This document shows positions 38,812 through 49,139 of a stretch of DNA of 64,000 bases, in pieces. Source of the DNA: an uncultured Rubrivirga sp. (GTDB lineage Bacteria > Actinomycetota > Actinomycetes > S36-B12); assembly GCA_964385255.1 (NCBI GenBank), contig CAYLOH010000001.1, positions 58,792-122,791 of the forward strand, read 5' to 3'. The notes below the pieces were generated by a model. The model worked only from the letters and a program-made list of their open reading frames with translations, was not told the DNA's origin and searched no databases. Made by a program: the position numbers and the translations under genes. Numbering within the stretch: position 1 is the stretch's first letter; each line of letters starts with the position of its first letter.

Positions 38812-40512
38812 TCAGGTGTGCAGCCACACTGTTGTGTCGGGCCCGACGCGAACACCGGCTTGACTCGTCTCGACCAGGCCGGACGCCAGGATCACGCTGC
38901 CCGTCAGCGGTGAGTCGATCCATGACGTCGTCGTGTTCGCCACGACCGCGAAGCCCACGCCACGCCGGAAGGCGAGGACTCCAGGAGTGTCGACGTCGAC
39001 GAGGGAGAAGTCCTCGCCTACCAAGTCGCGTCGGCGAATGGACAGACTGGATCGGTACAGGTTCAGCGTGCTGGTGGGGTCGACTTCCTGCGCCGCGATG
39101 GTGTCGGACGCCCAGTCATCGGGTTGCGGCAACCACAGTGCGACGTCGGTGCGATCGGTGAATCCGTAAGGCGGCGCATCGCCCGACCACGGGAGGGGCA
39201 CCCGGGCCCCATCTCGACCCTTCTGCTGACCGGCCGACCGAAACCACACCGGATCCTGACGGGCTGCGTCGGGGATCTCCACGTCCGACAGACCCAACTC
39301 CTCGCCTTGATATACGTAGACCGAGCCCGGCAGCGCGTGTGCGACGAGGGCAAGTGCTCGCGCCCTCGCCCGCCCCAGCTCGCCACCACCCAGTCGCGTC
39401 ACGACTCTCGGGGAATCGTGGTTGCTCAACGCCCATGTTGGCGGAGCGCCGACGACCGATACCGCGTCGATCGCGCGCGCAATGACCTTCCGCATGGTCG
39501 GTGCATCCCACGGAACGACGAGGAAGTCGAAGCCGAAGATCTGATGCAAGGTGTCCGGCGCGACGTAGCGCGCGGCTCTCTCCGGGGGCACCCACGCCTC
39601 CACGACAGCCATCTTGTCGTCGCCGTAGGAGTCCAAGACGCTTCGCCACTGACGATAGATGTCCTGCACTTCGTCCCGATCGAATAGCGCCGAGTTCGCC
39701 AGGCCCGCCCGACGCTGCACCGCCTCCTCGGACGTGGGGTCGAGGTCGAAACGCAATGACTGACTCAAACCGACGGGGTCGATCAGATCGGGGTAGGCCA
39801 TGTCCTTCGCCAACCCGAGAGCGACGTCCACCCGGAAGCCATCGACCCCCAGGTCCAACCAGAAGCGGAGGGTTTCCAGCGCATCGGCCCGAACCTCCGC
39901 GTTGTCCCAATTGAGGTCCGGCTGAGTCGAATCGAACAGGTGCAAGTACCACTGACCTGCGGTCCCATCGTGTTCCTCGATGCGCGTCCATGCCGAGCCA
40001 CCGAATATCGACTCCCAATTGTTCGGCGGCAACTCCCCGAGCGGTCCCCTCCCGTCCCGGAAGTGGAAGCGCCCTCGAGCGAGCGAACCGGGAGCCGAAG
40101 CAACGGCTTCGACGAACCAGGGATGACTCGCAGACACGTGGTTCGGGACGATATCCACGATCACACGCAATCCCCGCTCGTGCGCCTGCTGCACCAAATC
40201 TGCGAAGTCCTGCAAGGAACCGAACATCGGATCGACCGCACGGGGGTCACTGACGTCGTACCCCGCGTCCTTCTGTGGCGACGGATAGAAGGGAGACAAC
40301 CACAAAGCATCGATGCCGAGCGATGCGAGATAGGGCAGGCCGTCGATCACACCACGCAAATCCCCACGGCCGTCGGAGTTTCCGTCGCGGAATGAGCGCG
40401 GATACACCTGGTACACCGCGGCGCTGCTCCACCAGGGTCGATGACGAGCAGCGCCGTCCGCCGCATCACCCACGTATCGAGCCCGAAGTCGATACCGGCC
40501 CCGTCGAGCCAC
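38812..40512 (-). CDS. GH13 alpha-glucosidase (oligo-1,6-glucosidase/trehalose-6-P hydrolase-like)
   Basis: Has YQVYPRSFRD, GVDGFRVDVA, VVEAW and SNHD. The true start may be GTG 40473, because 40512 overlaps the LacI gene by 47 nt. Confidence 0.88.
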   Translation of the reverse strand: MARRGRYRLRARYVGDAADGAARHRPWWSSAAVYQVYPRSFRDGNSDGRGDLRGVIDGLPYLASLGIDALWLSPFYPSPQKDAGYDVSDPRAVDPMFGSLQDFADLVQQAHERGLRVIVDIVPNHVSASHPWFVEAVASAPGSLARGRFHFRDGRGPLGELPPNNWESIFGGSAWTRIEEHDGTAGQWYLHLFDSTQPDLNWDNAEVRADALETLRFWLDLGVDGFRVDVALGLAKDMAYPDLIDPVGLSQSLRFDLDPTSEEAVQRRAGLANSALFDRDEVQDIYRQWRSVLDSYGDDKMAVVEAWVPPERAARYVAPDTLHQIFGFDFLVVPWDAPTMRKVIARAIDAVSVVGAPPTWALSNHDSPRVVTRLGGGELGRARARALALVAHALPGSVYVYQGEELGLSDVEIPDAARQDPVWFRSAGQQKGRDGARVPLPWSGDAPPYGFTDRTDVALWLPQPDDWASDTIAAQEVDPTSTLNLYRSSLSIRRRDLVGEDFSLVDVDTPGVLAFRRGVGFAVVANTTTSWIDSPLTGSVILASGLVETSQAGVRVGPDTTVWLHT

Positions 40513-41491
40513 GGACTACCAACTGGGTTGCAGCCCTGATCGGTTCGACACTCGGTGCGCCGTCACGCATCTGAGCGAGCAGCGACTCCGCGGCGATGCG
40601 ACCCAGCTCGGCGACCGGCTGCACGACCGTGGTCAGATCGAGGTGCTCGGACATGTCGTGCCCGTCCACACCGACGATCGACACGTCCACTCCCGGTCGC
40701 AGTCCATGCGCCCGCAAGGCTCGGAGTGCGCCGAAAGCCATCTCGTCACTGAGTGCGAAGACCGCCGTAGGCGGTGTTGGTTGCGTCAGTAGCGCCGTCA
40801 TGGCGGCCTCTCCACCTTCGATGGTGAAGTACCCGAAGGCCTCGAGCAAAGGGTCGACGTCGAGTCCAGCCGCGGACATCGCCTGCGCGAAACCCGTCTC
40901 CCGGTCGAACTCGGCGGTGAACGGAGCTTCCGAGGGAGACCCGCCGATGATGCCGATCCGTCGATGGCCGAGATTGATCAAATGCTGAGTCGCCAACCGC
41001 GCGGCAGCGACATCGTCGATCGTCACGCTCGGCACACCCACCACCGTCAGCCCGATGGTCGACGTCGGCATACCCAGATCGATGATCGCGCGCAGTTGGG
41101 GATCCGACGGTGGAACAGCGATCACCAGGACGCCATCCACGCGACGCCGGAGTCGCGGCGCAACGGGCGACGACTTCAACTGATTGTTGTGGTCGCCGAT
41201 ACAGGTGAGCAGCAGGTCCATGTCCGCTTCCTGCAGGACATCCTCCACACCGGACAGGACGGTGGAGAAGAACCAGCGGGCGATGTACGGGGTAACGACC
41301 GCGATGCTGCCCGTGCGCCCCGAGGCCAGGCGAGAGGCGCTGGGCGAGATGACGTAGTCCAGTTCGCTTGCCACCTGCTGCACCCGCCTACGCGTGCGCT
41401 CATCCACGTTGGGGAGACCGCGCAGCGCACGGGAGACGGTGGCGGTCGACACGCCTGCCGCTTCCGCGACGTCGCGGATGGTGATCCCCAT
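40466..41491 (-). CDS. LacI-family transcriptional regulator
   Basis: Starts at ATG 41491 (MGITIRDVAEAAGVSTATVSRALRG) and has a periplasmic-binding-like effector domain. Confidence 0.88.
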   Translation of the reverse strand: MGITIRDVAEAAGVSTATVSRALRGLPNVDERTRRRVQQVASELDYVISPSASRLASGRTGSIAVVTPYIARWFFSTVLSGVEDVLQEADMDLLLTCIGDHNNQLKSSPVAPRLRRRVDGVLVIAVPPSDPQLRAIIDLGMPTSTIGLTVVGVPSVTIDDVAAARLATQHLINLGHRRIGIIGGSPSEAPFTAEFDRETGFAQAMSAAGLDVDPLLEAFGYFTIEGGEAAMTALLTQPTPPTAVFALSDEMAFGALRALRAHGLRPGVDVSIVGVDGHDMSEHLDLTTVVQPVAELGRIAAESLLAQMRDGAPSVEPIRAATQLVVRGSTGPVSTSGSIRG

Positions 41492-41540
41492 CGGTCCCTC
41501 CCGTTCCTGGAGCGATGCTAGGCGGGGGTTGGGGGGAGAC

Positions 41541-41554
41541 CACAAGCGATTACA
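41541..41554. promoter_or_regulatory. Candidate LacI-type operator upstream of the LacI gene
   Basis: The plus strand reads CACAAGCGATTACA (minus strand TGTAATCGCTTGTG), a 14-mer with a central CG and a TGTAA half-site, about 50 nt upstream of ATG 41491. Imperfect palindrome. Confidence 0.3.
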
Positions 41555-41573
41555 TGGAATATCCCTGTGAGAT

Positions 41574-42518
41574 CTAGGCCACTTCGGCCGCGAGACTGTA
41601 AACGATGCCATCCAGCAGGTCAGTCTCGCTGGCCACCACGAAGTCGATGGGAAGCCGGCGCATCGTCTGGCGGAGCACCAAGGCCCCGCCGGCGATGACG
41701 TCCACCCTCCCGGGGTGCATGACTGGCTCGGCGGCACGCTCGCCGCGGGTCATCTGGAGGAGCCGGTCAGTGACGCGCTCGACCTGCGCCCGGGTGACGA
41801 GAGAACCATGGATCGCATCCGCGTCGTAGGTCGGCAGCCCATGGGCGAGTGCGGCCACGGTGGTGACCGAGCCGGCGAGGCCGACGAAGGTGCGGATGTC
41901 GCTGACGTCCACCTGGGCGAAAGCTCGATCGAGCAAGCGATCAATGGTGCTGACGGTCTGTTCGATCTGCTGCGGGGTCGGTGGGTCGTCGTGCAGATGA
42001 CGCTCGGTCATTCGGACGCACCCCACATCCACGCTGCACATGGCGGCTATCGATCCGGTACGAGCGTCGCCGCGCACGAACTCGGTGGACCCACCACCTA
42101 TGTCGCAGACCAGTACAGGTGACTCGAGCAAAACCGCGGGTAAGCCTCGGATGGCCCCAGTGAAGGACAGTTCTGCTTCCTCGTCCCCCGGCACGACTTC
42201 CGGTTCGATGCCCAACCGGTTACGTACGCCTTGCACGAACTGTTCAGCGTTACGTGCATCCCGTGAGGCCGAAGTTGCCACCATGCGAATCCGTCGTACG
42301 CCATTGTCGTTGATCAACCGGGCATATTCATCCACGGCGTCGAAGGTGCGCTGTAGCGCCTGCGCAGAGAACTCGCCTGTGGCGTCCACCCCTTCCCCCA
42401 AGCGCACGGTGAGCATGCGTCGAGTCACTTCGGTGATGCGACCGTCGATGACATCCGCGATCAGTAGCCGAATTGCGTTTGTGCCACAGTCGATTGCTGC
42501 GTAGCGGGTCATGAACAC
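41574..42518 (-). CDS. ppx: Ppx/GppA-family phosphatase (exopolyphosphatase)
   Basis: Has AAIDCGTNAIRLL and DIGGGSTEF. Confidence 0.85.
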   Translation of the reverse strand: MFMTRYAAIDCGTNAIRLLIADVIDGRITEVTRRMLTVRLGEGVDATGEFSAQALQRTFDAVDEYARLINDNGVRRIRMVATSASRDARNAEQFVQGVRNRLGIEPEVVPGDEEAELSFTGAIRGLPAVLLESPVLVCDIGGGSTEFVRGDARTGSIAAMCSVDVGCVRMTERHLHDDPPTPQQIEQTVSTIDRLLDRAFAQVDVSDIRTFVGLAGSVTTVAALAHGLPTYDADAIHGSLVTRAQVERVTDRLLQMTRGERAAEPVMHPGRVDVIAGGALVLRQTMRRLPIDFVVASETDLLDGIVYSLAAEVA

Positions 42519-43018
42519 CCCGCATCATCGGAGCAGTTGCGCGGACTCCACCATTCGCCGATCTCCTCGAGAGCTTCGTCGCCAAAAGGATTCACGCCCG
42601 GTCCATCGGCAAGGCTCTGACCAACGAGCACGTGCAAGCACTTCACTCGAGTCGGCATACCCCCCGCGCTCACTCCGTCGATCTCGGGGACAACACCGAG
42701 GGCTGAGCGTTCCAGCAGATAACGCTCGTGGGCGGCGCGGTAACGGTTCTTCACATCGTCGTCGACTGCGAGTCGCTGCTCCATGTCGCGCATCCGCCCA
42801 CTGCCCTCGATGCGACCTACCGCGCTGGCCAATGAGGGGCACGTGACGTAGTAGGTGGTGGGGAAAGGTGTGCCGTCATCCAGACGTGGCGCCGTGGTCA
42901 CCACACACGGTTCCCCGCAGGGACACCGATGCGCGATGCCCACCACTCCACGCGGAGTGCGTCCGAGTTGACGTTCGATCGCATCGAGGTCAGCGGGGTC
43001 GATGTCCTCAGAACGCAT
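42509..43018 (-). CDS. DUF501 domain protein
   Basis: 169 aa with Cys-rich motifs. It occupies the conserved position between ftsB-like and ppx genes in actinobacteria. Confidence 0.65.
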   Translation of the reverse strand: MRSEDIDPADLDAIERQLGRTPRGVVGIAHRCPCGEPCVVTTAPRLDDGTPFPTTYYVTCPSLASAVGRIEGSGRMRDMEQRLAVDDDVKNRYRAAHERYLLERSALGVVPEIDGVSAGGMPTRVKCLHVLVGQSLADGPGVNPFGDEALEEIGEWWSPRNCSDDAGCS

Positions 43019-43057
43019 GGCTCGACAATAGGACTACGTCGAGAGGGGTTGACTCGA

Positions 43058-43510
43058 TCAGGTGCGCTCGTCGGCCACCAGCGGTGGGCCGTCGGCTCGT
43101 TCGATGGACTCCCACACGAGCGAATGCCAGCCCCGGGGGGCCTGCGTGGCAGCCTCCGACAGGACCGCCTCGGCTGGTCGACCGTCTCGGGAGATGGTGA
43201 CGTATCCGATCTCCCCGGGTAGCACGAAGTGCAGTCGACGCCTGGCTTCGGTAGACACGAAGGCAGGATCCGACCACCGGGCGAGTTCGGTCTGCAATTC
43301 ACCGATCCGCTCACTCGAGGCGGCGATGTCGGCACGCAATGCCGTCACCTCCGCACGCTGGGCCAACCAGTTGCGCACGGGAACCGACAAGGCAAGGACC
43401 AGGAGTGCGACGACGGCCACGAGGATGAGCGCTCGACCCGTGAGGTTGCCCCCCTCCCGAGTACCCGGGGTGCCCGAGGTACCGGGGCTATCGGGGGAAG
43501 CTGACGACAC
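43058..43510 (-). CDS. Septum formation initiator (FtsB/DivIC-like)
   Basis: Has a single TM plus a coiled coil (VRNWLAQRAEVTALRADIAASSERIGELQTELARW). Lies downstream of eno. Confidence 0.7.
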   Translation of the reverse strand: MSSASPDSPGTSGTPGTREGGNLTGRALILVAVVALLVLALSVPVRNWLAQRAEVTALRADIAASSERIGELQTELARWSDPAFVSTEARRRLHFVLPGEIGYVTISRDGRPAEAVLSEAATQAPRGWHSLVWESIERADGPPLVADERT

Positions 43511-43562
43511 GGCCCGATCGTGTCACGGGAACCCCAATTTTCCCAGCAGCCCCACCGGTGGA

Positions 43563-44861
<1,299 letters not shown>

Positions 44862-44891
44862 CTATTGACCGGGATCGACGTGCCACCCGAA

Positions 44892-44975
44892 GCCGAACCT
44901 CCAGAGCCGAGCCTCCAGAGCCGACCCTCCAGAGCCGACCCTCCAGAGCCGACTCTCCAGAGCCGATCGTCCAGA
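44892..44975. repeat. Tandem repeat, 14 bp x 6 (GCCGANNNTCCAGA)
   Basis: Six head-to-tail copies at 44892, 44906, 44920, 44934, 44948 and 44962. The 5-nt head GCCGA and 6-nt tail TCCAGA are invariant; positions 6-8 vary (ACC, GCC, CCC, CCC, CTC, TCG). It lies between the eno start (44852) and ATG 44984. Confidence 0.9.
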
Positions 44976-44983
44976 CTGGGGGC

Positions 44984-45355
44984 ATGGAGCACCGACCTGT
45001 CGAGTTGATCGGTGTGTACGCGGCGGATGGCGGCGTCATCGGTGAGTTGCGCTACATCGTTGGCAAAGTTCGCGGTACGACCCATTGCGCCTTATGCGAC
45101 ATCACCCATGGGTTCGCGCGGCGCAAGTCCAGTTGGGACCGCGCCTGCGGAGACTTCGACATCCCCATCAGGTTGGTTCATTTGAACGAGCGCAGTTCCG
45201 CGGAGACGGCGGCGTGCACCCTGGGAACACCGACCATCCTCGCCCGATGGCCCGATGGCGGGCTCACCGCGATCCTGGGACCGGACGATCTCGAACTGAA
45301 CGGCTCGGTCTCCACGTTCTTCGATCGACTGTCGACGGCTGTGTCCAAGCCATGA
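44984..45355 (+). CDS. Hypothetical CxxC protein
   Basis: 123 aa counted from ATG 44984. Has THCALCDITH. ATGA overlap with the TspO gene. Family not recognised. Confidence 0.55.
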   Translation: MEHRPVELIGVYAADGGVIGELRYIVGKVRGTTHCALCDITHGFARRKSSWDRACGDFDIPIRLVHLNERSSAETAACTLGTPTILARWPDGGLTAILGPDDLELNGSVSTFFDRLSTAVSKP

Positions 45356-45834
45356 CGAGTGTGGACACGTGGCGCATCGGAGCGGTGGCCCTGGTCATCG
45401 CCGCGGTCATCGCCTACGCGGTTCTCTCGGGAGTCTGGGTCGGCACGGATTCCTCGTGGTACCGATCCCTGCAACAACCCTCCTGGCAACCACCGCCGTG
45501 GGTGTTCGGAGTCATCTGGCCGTACAACTTCCTCGCACTGGCGACCGTCTCGTCCGTCATCGCCTGGCAGGCGCCGGCGCAGCGCGTGATCGTGCTGATC
45601 ATCTTCCTGTTGGCCAGCATCGCCTGTGCCGTCGCATGGGCGTATCTGTTCTACGTTCCCCACGATCTCGTCTTCGCGGCGATCACCCTGTCTGCTGCCG
45701 CGGTGCTCACCGTGCCCATCGTGGTGATTGGCTTCCTCACCGTTGCCCTGTGGGGGTTAGCGCTCGTGCCCTACGTGGTGTGGCTGGCCCTCGCGGCCTC
45801 ACTGTCGTGGGGGTACGTCCGCTTGCACGGCTGA
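45352..45834 (+). CDS. tspO: TspO/MBR tryptophan-rich sensory protein
   Basis: Starts at ATG 45352 and has 5 TM helices. Contains WYRSLQQPSWQPPPWVFGVIWPYNF. Confidence 0.85.
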   Translation: MTSVDTWRIGAVALVIAAVIAYAVLSGVWVGTDSSWYRSLQQPSWQPPPWVFGVIWPYNFLALATVSSVIAWQAPAQRVIVLIIFLLASIACAVAWAYLFYVPHDLVFAAITLSAAAVLTVPIVVIGFLTVALWGLALVPYVVWLALAASLSWGYVRLHG

Positions 45835-45835
45835 A

Positions 45836-46132
45836 TCAGGATCCCAACTGATCCAGATAGTCGGTCAACGTCGCCTCGTCCCACTGCTCTTCCAAGGCCG
45901 CCGCGCGCTGGGCTGCGGCGGTCGCGGCGTCATCGGGGACCGATTCCCAGTCGGAGCGGACCCAGCCAGCGAGATAGGCGTCGGCATCGGTGTCGCCCAG
46001 CCGCATTGCAGCCTCATCGATCGCCTCTTGGAAGCGTTGCGCGAGGGGGACTTTGACCACTTGGTCACCTTCCCGGGCAGCGACCAGGGACGGAATATCC
46101 CGCCAATAGGTGACCTGAACGTCCGCCATCAA
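45836..46132 (-). CDS. Small conserved protein of unknown function (recalled as the so-called 'virulence factor' Pfam family)
   Basis: 98 aa beginning VQVTYWRDIPSLV. Its start overlaps the fdsD stop. It is the last gene of the minus-strand C1 gene train. Confidence 0.5.
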   Translation of the reverse strand: MMADVQVTYWRDIPSLVAAREGDQVVKVPLAQRFQEAIDEAAMRLGDTDADAYLAGWVRSDWESVPDDAATAAAQRAAALEEQWDEATLTDYLDQLGS

Positions 46133-46365
46133 TGCCTCCGCAGTGAGTCCAGCGCCGCATGGACCTCCGGCACGAGAGCCTCAGGGTAGTCCTGGGCGAT
46201 GGATTCGAGGTCGCTGCGCATGTGCGGCGTCCAGAAGCTCCGCATGTGCGCCGCAACCTGTTCGGGCACCGCATGCCGGTTGGGCACGTTGGCAGCGATC
46301 TGGTTGATCATCTTCACCAGGTGGGCCTGCTCGTAGTTCAATTCGGCACCCGATACCGCGGTCAC
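46129..46365 (-). CDS. fdsD: Formate dehydrogenase delta subunit (FdsD-like)
   Basis: 78 aa containing LVKMINQIAANV. Coupled by 4-nt overlaps on both sides. Confidence 0.7.
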   Translation of the reverse strand: MTAVSGAELNYEQAHLVKMINQIAANVPNRHAVPEQVAAHMRSFWTPHMRSDLESIAQDYPEALVPEVHAALDSLRRH

Positions 46366-49139
46366 GCCTGCGCCTTCGAGGATGGACGAACCTCTACCGC
46401 CGTCACCTTGTATTCCGGGCAGTTCGTGGCCCAGTCGGAGTTATCCGTGGTGACGACGTTCGTGCCACTGACGGGATGGTGGAACGTGGTGTAGACGACA
46501 CCCGCGGGAATCTCCGAGCTGATGCGCACGCGTAGTCGGGTGGTGCCCGCGCGGCTGGCGATCTCCGCCCATTCCCCGTCTCGGATTCCTCGGGCTTGTG
46601 CGTCCGCCTCATGCATGTCCAGGACATCTTCGGCGTGCCACACCACATTGCTTGTCCGACGTGTCTGGGCACCCACGTTGTACTGACTGAGAATCCGCCC
46701 GGTGGTGAGCAAGAGCGGGAACTTTCGCGTCGAGCGTTCGTCGGTGGGCACGTACGGTGTGGTGATGAACTGTCCCTTGCCGCGCACGAACGCATCGACG
46801 TGCATGACCGGGGTCCCCAGCGGTGCGCTCTCATTGCAGGGCCACTGAACGCTTCCGACCTCGTCAAGCAGTTCGAAGGAAACCCCCGAGAAGGTCGGTG
46901 TCACAGCCGCGATCTCGTCCATGATCTGACTTGCGCGGTCGTAGTGCATCGCGTAGCCCATCGCAGTCGCCAACGCACACGTCACTTCCCATTCCGCCAT
47001 TCCCGTTCGCGACGGCATCACCGGGCGCACCCGGTTGATTCGACGCTCGGCGTTGGTGAAGGTGCCGTCCTTCTCCAGGAATGAGGTACCCGGAAGGAAG
47101 ACGTGGGCGTACTTGGCCGTTTCATTGAGGAACAGGTCCTGGACGATCACGCAGTCCATGGATCGCAGGGCTTCGGTCACATGCGCGGTATTCGGGTCCG
47201 ACTGCGCGATGTCCTCACCCTGAATATAGATTCCCTTGAACTGGCCAACCGTTGCTGCATCGAGCATGTTCGGGATTCGCATTCCGGGTTCGGACCGCAT
47301 CTGCGCGCCCCACAGGGCCTCGAACTGCTCGCGGACGGTGTCATCGGAAACGTGTCGGTACCCACTGAATTCATGCGGGAATGAGCCCATGTCGCAGGAG
47401 CCCTGCACGTTGTTCTGGCCGCGGAGCGGATTGACGCCCACGCCCTCACGTCCGATGTTTCCGGTAGCCATCGCGAGATTCGCCATGGCCATGACCATCG
47501 TGGAGCCCTGCGAATGCTCGGTGACGCCGAGCCCGTAGTAGATCGCTGCGTTATCGGCCATCGCGTACGACCGAGCAGCGGCACGAAGTTGATCCGCCGG
47601 AACTCCCGTCACTTCTGCTAGCGCCTCCGGGCTGTTCTCCGGCAGTCGGATGAACTCTTCCCAGGCACGGAAAGATTCACCGTCACAGCGCTGGTCGACG
47701 AATTCGCGATCGATCCATCCTTCGGTGGCGATGACGTGAGCCATGGCATTGACGATGGCCACATTGGTACCTGGCATCAACTGCAGGTGATGGCTTGCCG
47801 CGACGTGGGCGGATCGCACGAGATCGATGGTGCGTGGGTCGATCACGATCAGCTCTGCGCCCTGGCGTAGTCGACGCTTCATCCGAGAGGCGAAGACCGG
47901 ATGCGCATCGGTGGGGTTGGCTCCGATGACCACGATGACGTCGGCCTTCTCGACCGACTTGAAGTCCTGGGTACCGGCGCTGGTTCCGAAAGTCTGCTTC
48001 AGTCCGTACCCGGTCGGTGAATGGCATACGCGCGCACAGGTATCGACGTTGTTCGTGCCGAACGCTGCGCGCACCATCTTTTGAACGACGTACACCTCTT
48101 CGTTAGTGCACCGTGAGGAAGTGATACCACCGATCGCGTCGACACCGAATTGGCGCTGAATCGAGGTGAGTCTCTCGGCAGCGAAGTCGATCGCCTCGTC
48201 CCAGCTAACGACTTTCCACTCGTCATCGATGGACTCGCGGATCATGGGCTCGACGACGCGATCTTCGTGACTGGCATACCCCCAGGCGAAACGACCCTTC
48301 ACGCACGAGTGGCCAGCATTCGCCCCGCCCGTCTTGTCCGGAACCATTCGAACGAGTTCGTTTCCACGGAGCTCCGCCACGAAGGAGCAGCCGACCCCGC
48401 AGTAGGCACACGTGGTCTTGACCTTGCGCGTGGGAACCCCCAGGTCGATGACGGTCTTCTCCTGCAAAGTGGCCGTGGGGCATGCCTGCACACATGCTCC
48501 GCACGAGACGCACTCGCTTTCCAGGAAGGGGACACCCTCGCTCGCCGCGACCTTGGATGCGAAGCCGCGACCGGCGATCGTCAAGGCGAAGGTTCCCTGC
48601 ACCTCCGAACATGCGCGCACGCACCTGCTGCAGGCGATGCACTTGCTCTCGTCGAACGTGAAGTACGGATTCGATTCATCTTTCGGGGCATCCAGGTGAT
48701 TGACGCCATCTGGGTAGCGCACATCCCGAAGGCCCACTACACCCGCCATGTCCTGAAGCTCGCAATCACCGTTGGCAGGACACGTCAGACAATCGAGCGG
48801 GTGATCGGATATGTACAGCTCCATCACACCCTTGCGCAGTTTGTCCAGGCGCGGAGTCTGAGTCCTGACGGACATGCCATCGACGCACGGAGTGGTGCAG
48901 GAAGCAGGTGTACCCGGCCTTCCATCGATCTCCACCAAGCACAAGCGGCAGGAACCAAACGCGTTGAGCGAATCGGTTGCACACAGTTTGGGAATGTCGG
49001 TGCCGGCCAGGGCGGCGGCGCGCATGATCGAGGTGCCATCGGGGACGTGAATCTCCACGCCGTCGACGAGCACCGTGACGATCGATGGCGAATCGACCGC
49101 CGGGGTGCCGAGATCGCGCTGGTCGTCGAGCACCGTCAT
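46362..49139 (-). CDS. fdsA: NAD-type formate dehydrogenase alpha subunit (Mo/W-bisPGD, Cys type)
   Basis: 925 aa. Has an N-terminal 2Fe-2S domain (SCRLCLVEIDG), 4Fe-4S clusters (CIACSRCVRAC, CVSCGACVQACP), a molybdopterin domain with ARVCHSPTGYG (Cys where FdhF has Sec) and no in-frame stop. Confidence 0.9.
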   Translation of the reverse strand: MTVLDDQRDLGTPAVDSPSIVTVLVDGVEIHVPDGTSIMRAAALAGTDIPKLCATDSLNAFGSCRLCLVEIDGRPGTPASCTTPCVDGMSVRTQTPRLDKLRKGVMELYISDHPLDCLTCPANGDCELQDMAGVVGLRDVRYPDGVNHLDAPKDESNPYFTFDESKCIACSRCVRACSEVQGTFALTIAGRGFASKVAASEGVPFLESECVSCGACVQACPTATLQEKTVIDLGVPTRKVKTTCAYCGVGCSFVAELRGNELVRMVPDKTGGANAGHSCVKGRFAWGYASHEDRVVEPMIRESIDDEWKVVSWDEAIDFAAERLTSIQRQFGVDAIGGITSSRCTNEEVYVVQKMVRAAFGTNNVDTCARVCHSPTGYGLKQTFGTSAGTQDFKSVEKADVIVVIGANPTDAHPVFASRMKRRLRQGAELIVIDPRTIDLVRSAHVAASHHLQLMPGTNVAIVNAMAHVIATEGWIDREFVDQRCDGESFRAWEEFIRLPENSPEALAEVTGVPADQLRAAARSYAMADNAAIYYGLGVTEHSQGSTMVMAMANLAMATGNIGREGVGVNPLRGQNNVQGSCDMGSFPHEFSGYRHVSDDTVREQFEALWGAQMRSEPGMRIPNMLDAATVGQFKGIYIQGEDIAQSDPNTAHVTEALRSMDCVIVQDLFLNETAKYAHVFLPGTSFLEKDGTFTNAERRINRVRPVMPSRTGMAEWEVTCALATAMGYAMHYDRASQIMDEIAAVTPTFSGVSFELLDEVGSVQWPCNESAPLGTPVMHVDAFVRGKGQFITTPYVPTDERSTRKFPLLLTTGRILSQYNVGAQTRRTSNVVWHAEDVLDMHEADAQARGIRDGEWAEIASRAGTTRLRVRISSEIPAGVVYTTFHHPVSGTNVVTTDNSDWATNCPEYKVTAVEVRPSSKAQA

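Noticed and set aside
46362-49139. Possible selenocysteine (in-frame TGA) in the formate dehydrogenase alpha subunit, or pyrrolysine (TAG) in the methyl-transfer genes.
   Set aside because: The fdsA frame is uninterrupted and has Cys at the FdhF Sec position (ARVCHSP). None of the C1 genes in the window contains an in-frame stop, and the tRNA at 30467 has neither a UCA nor a CUA anticodon.
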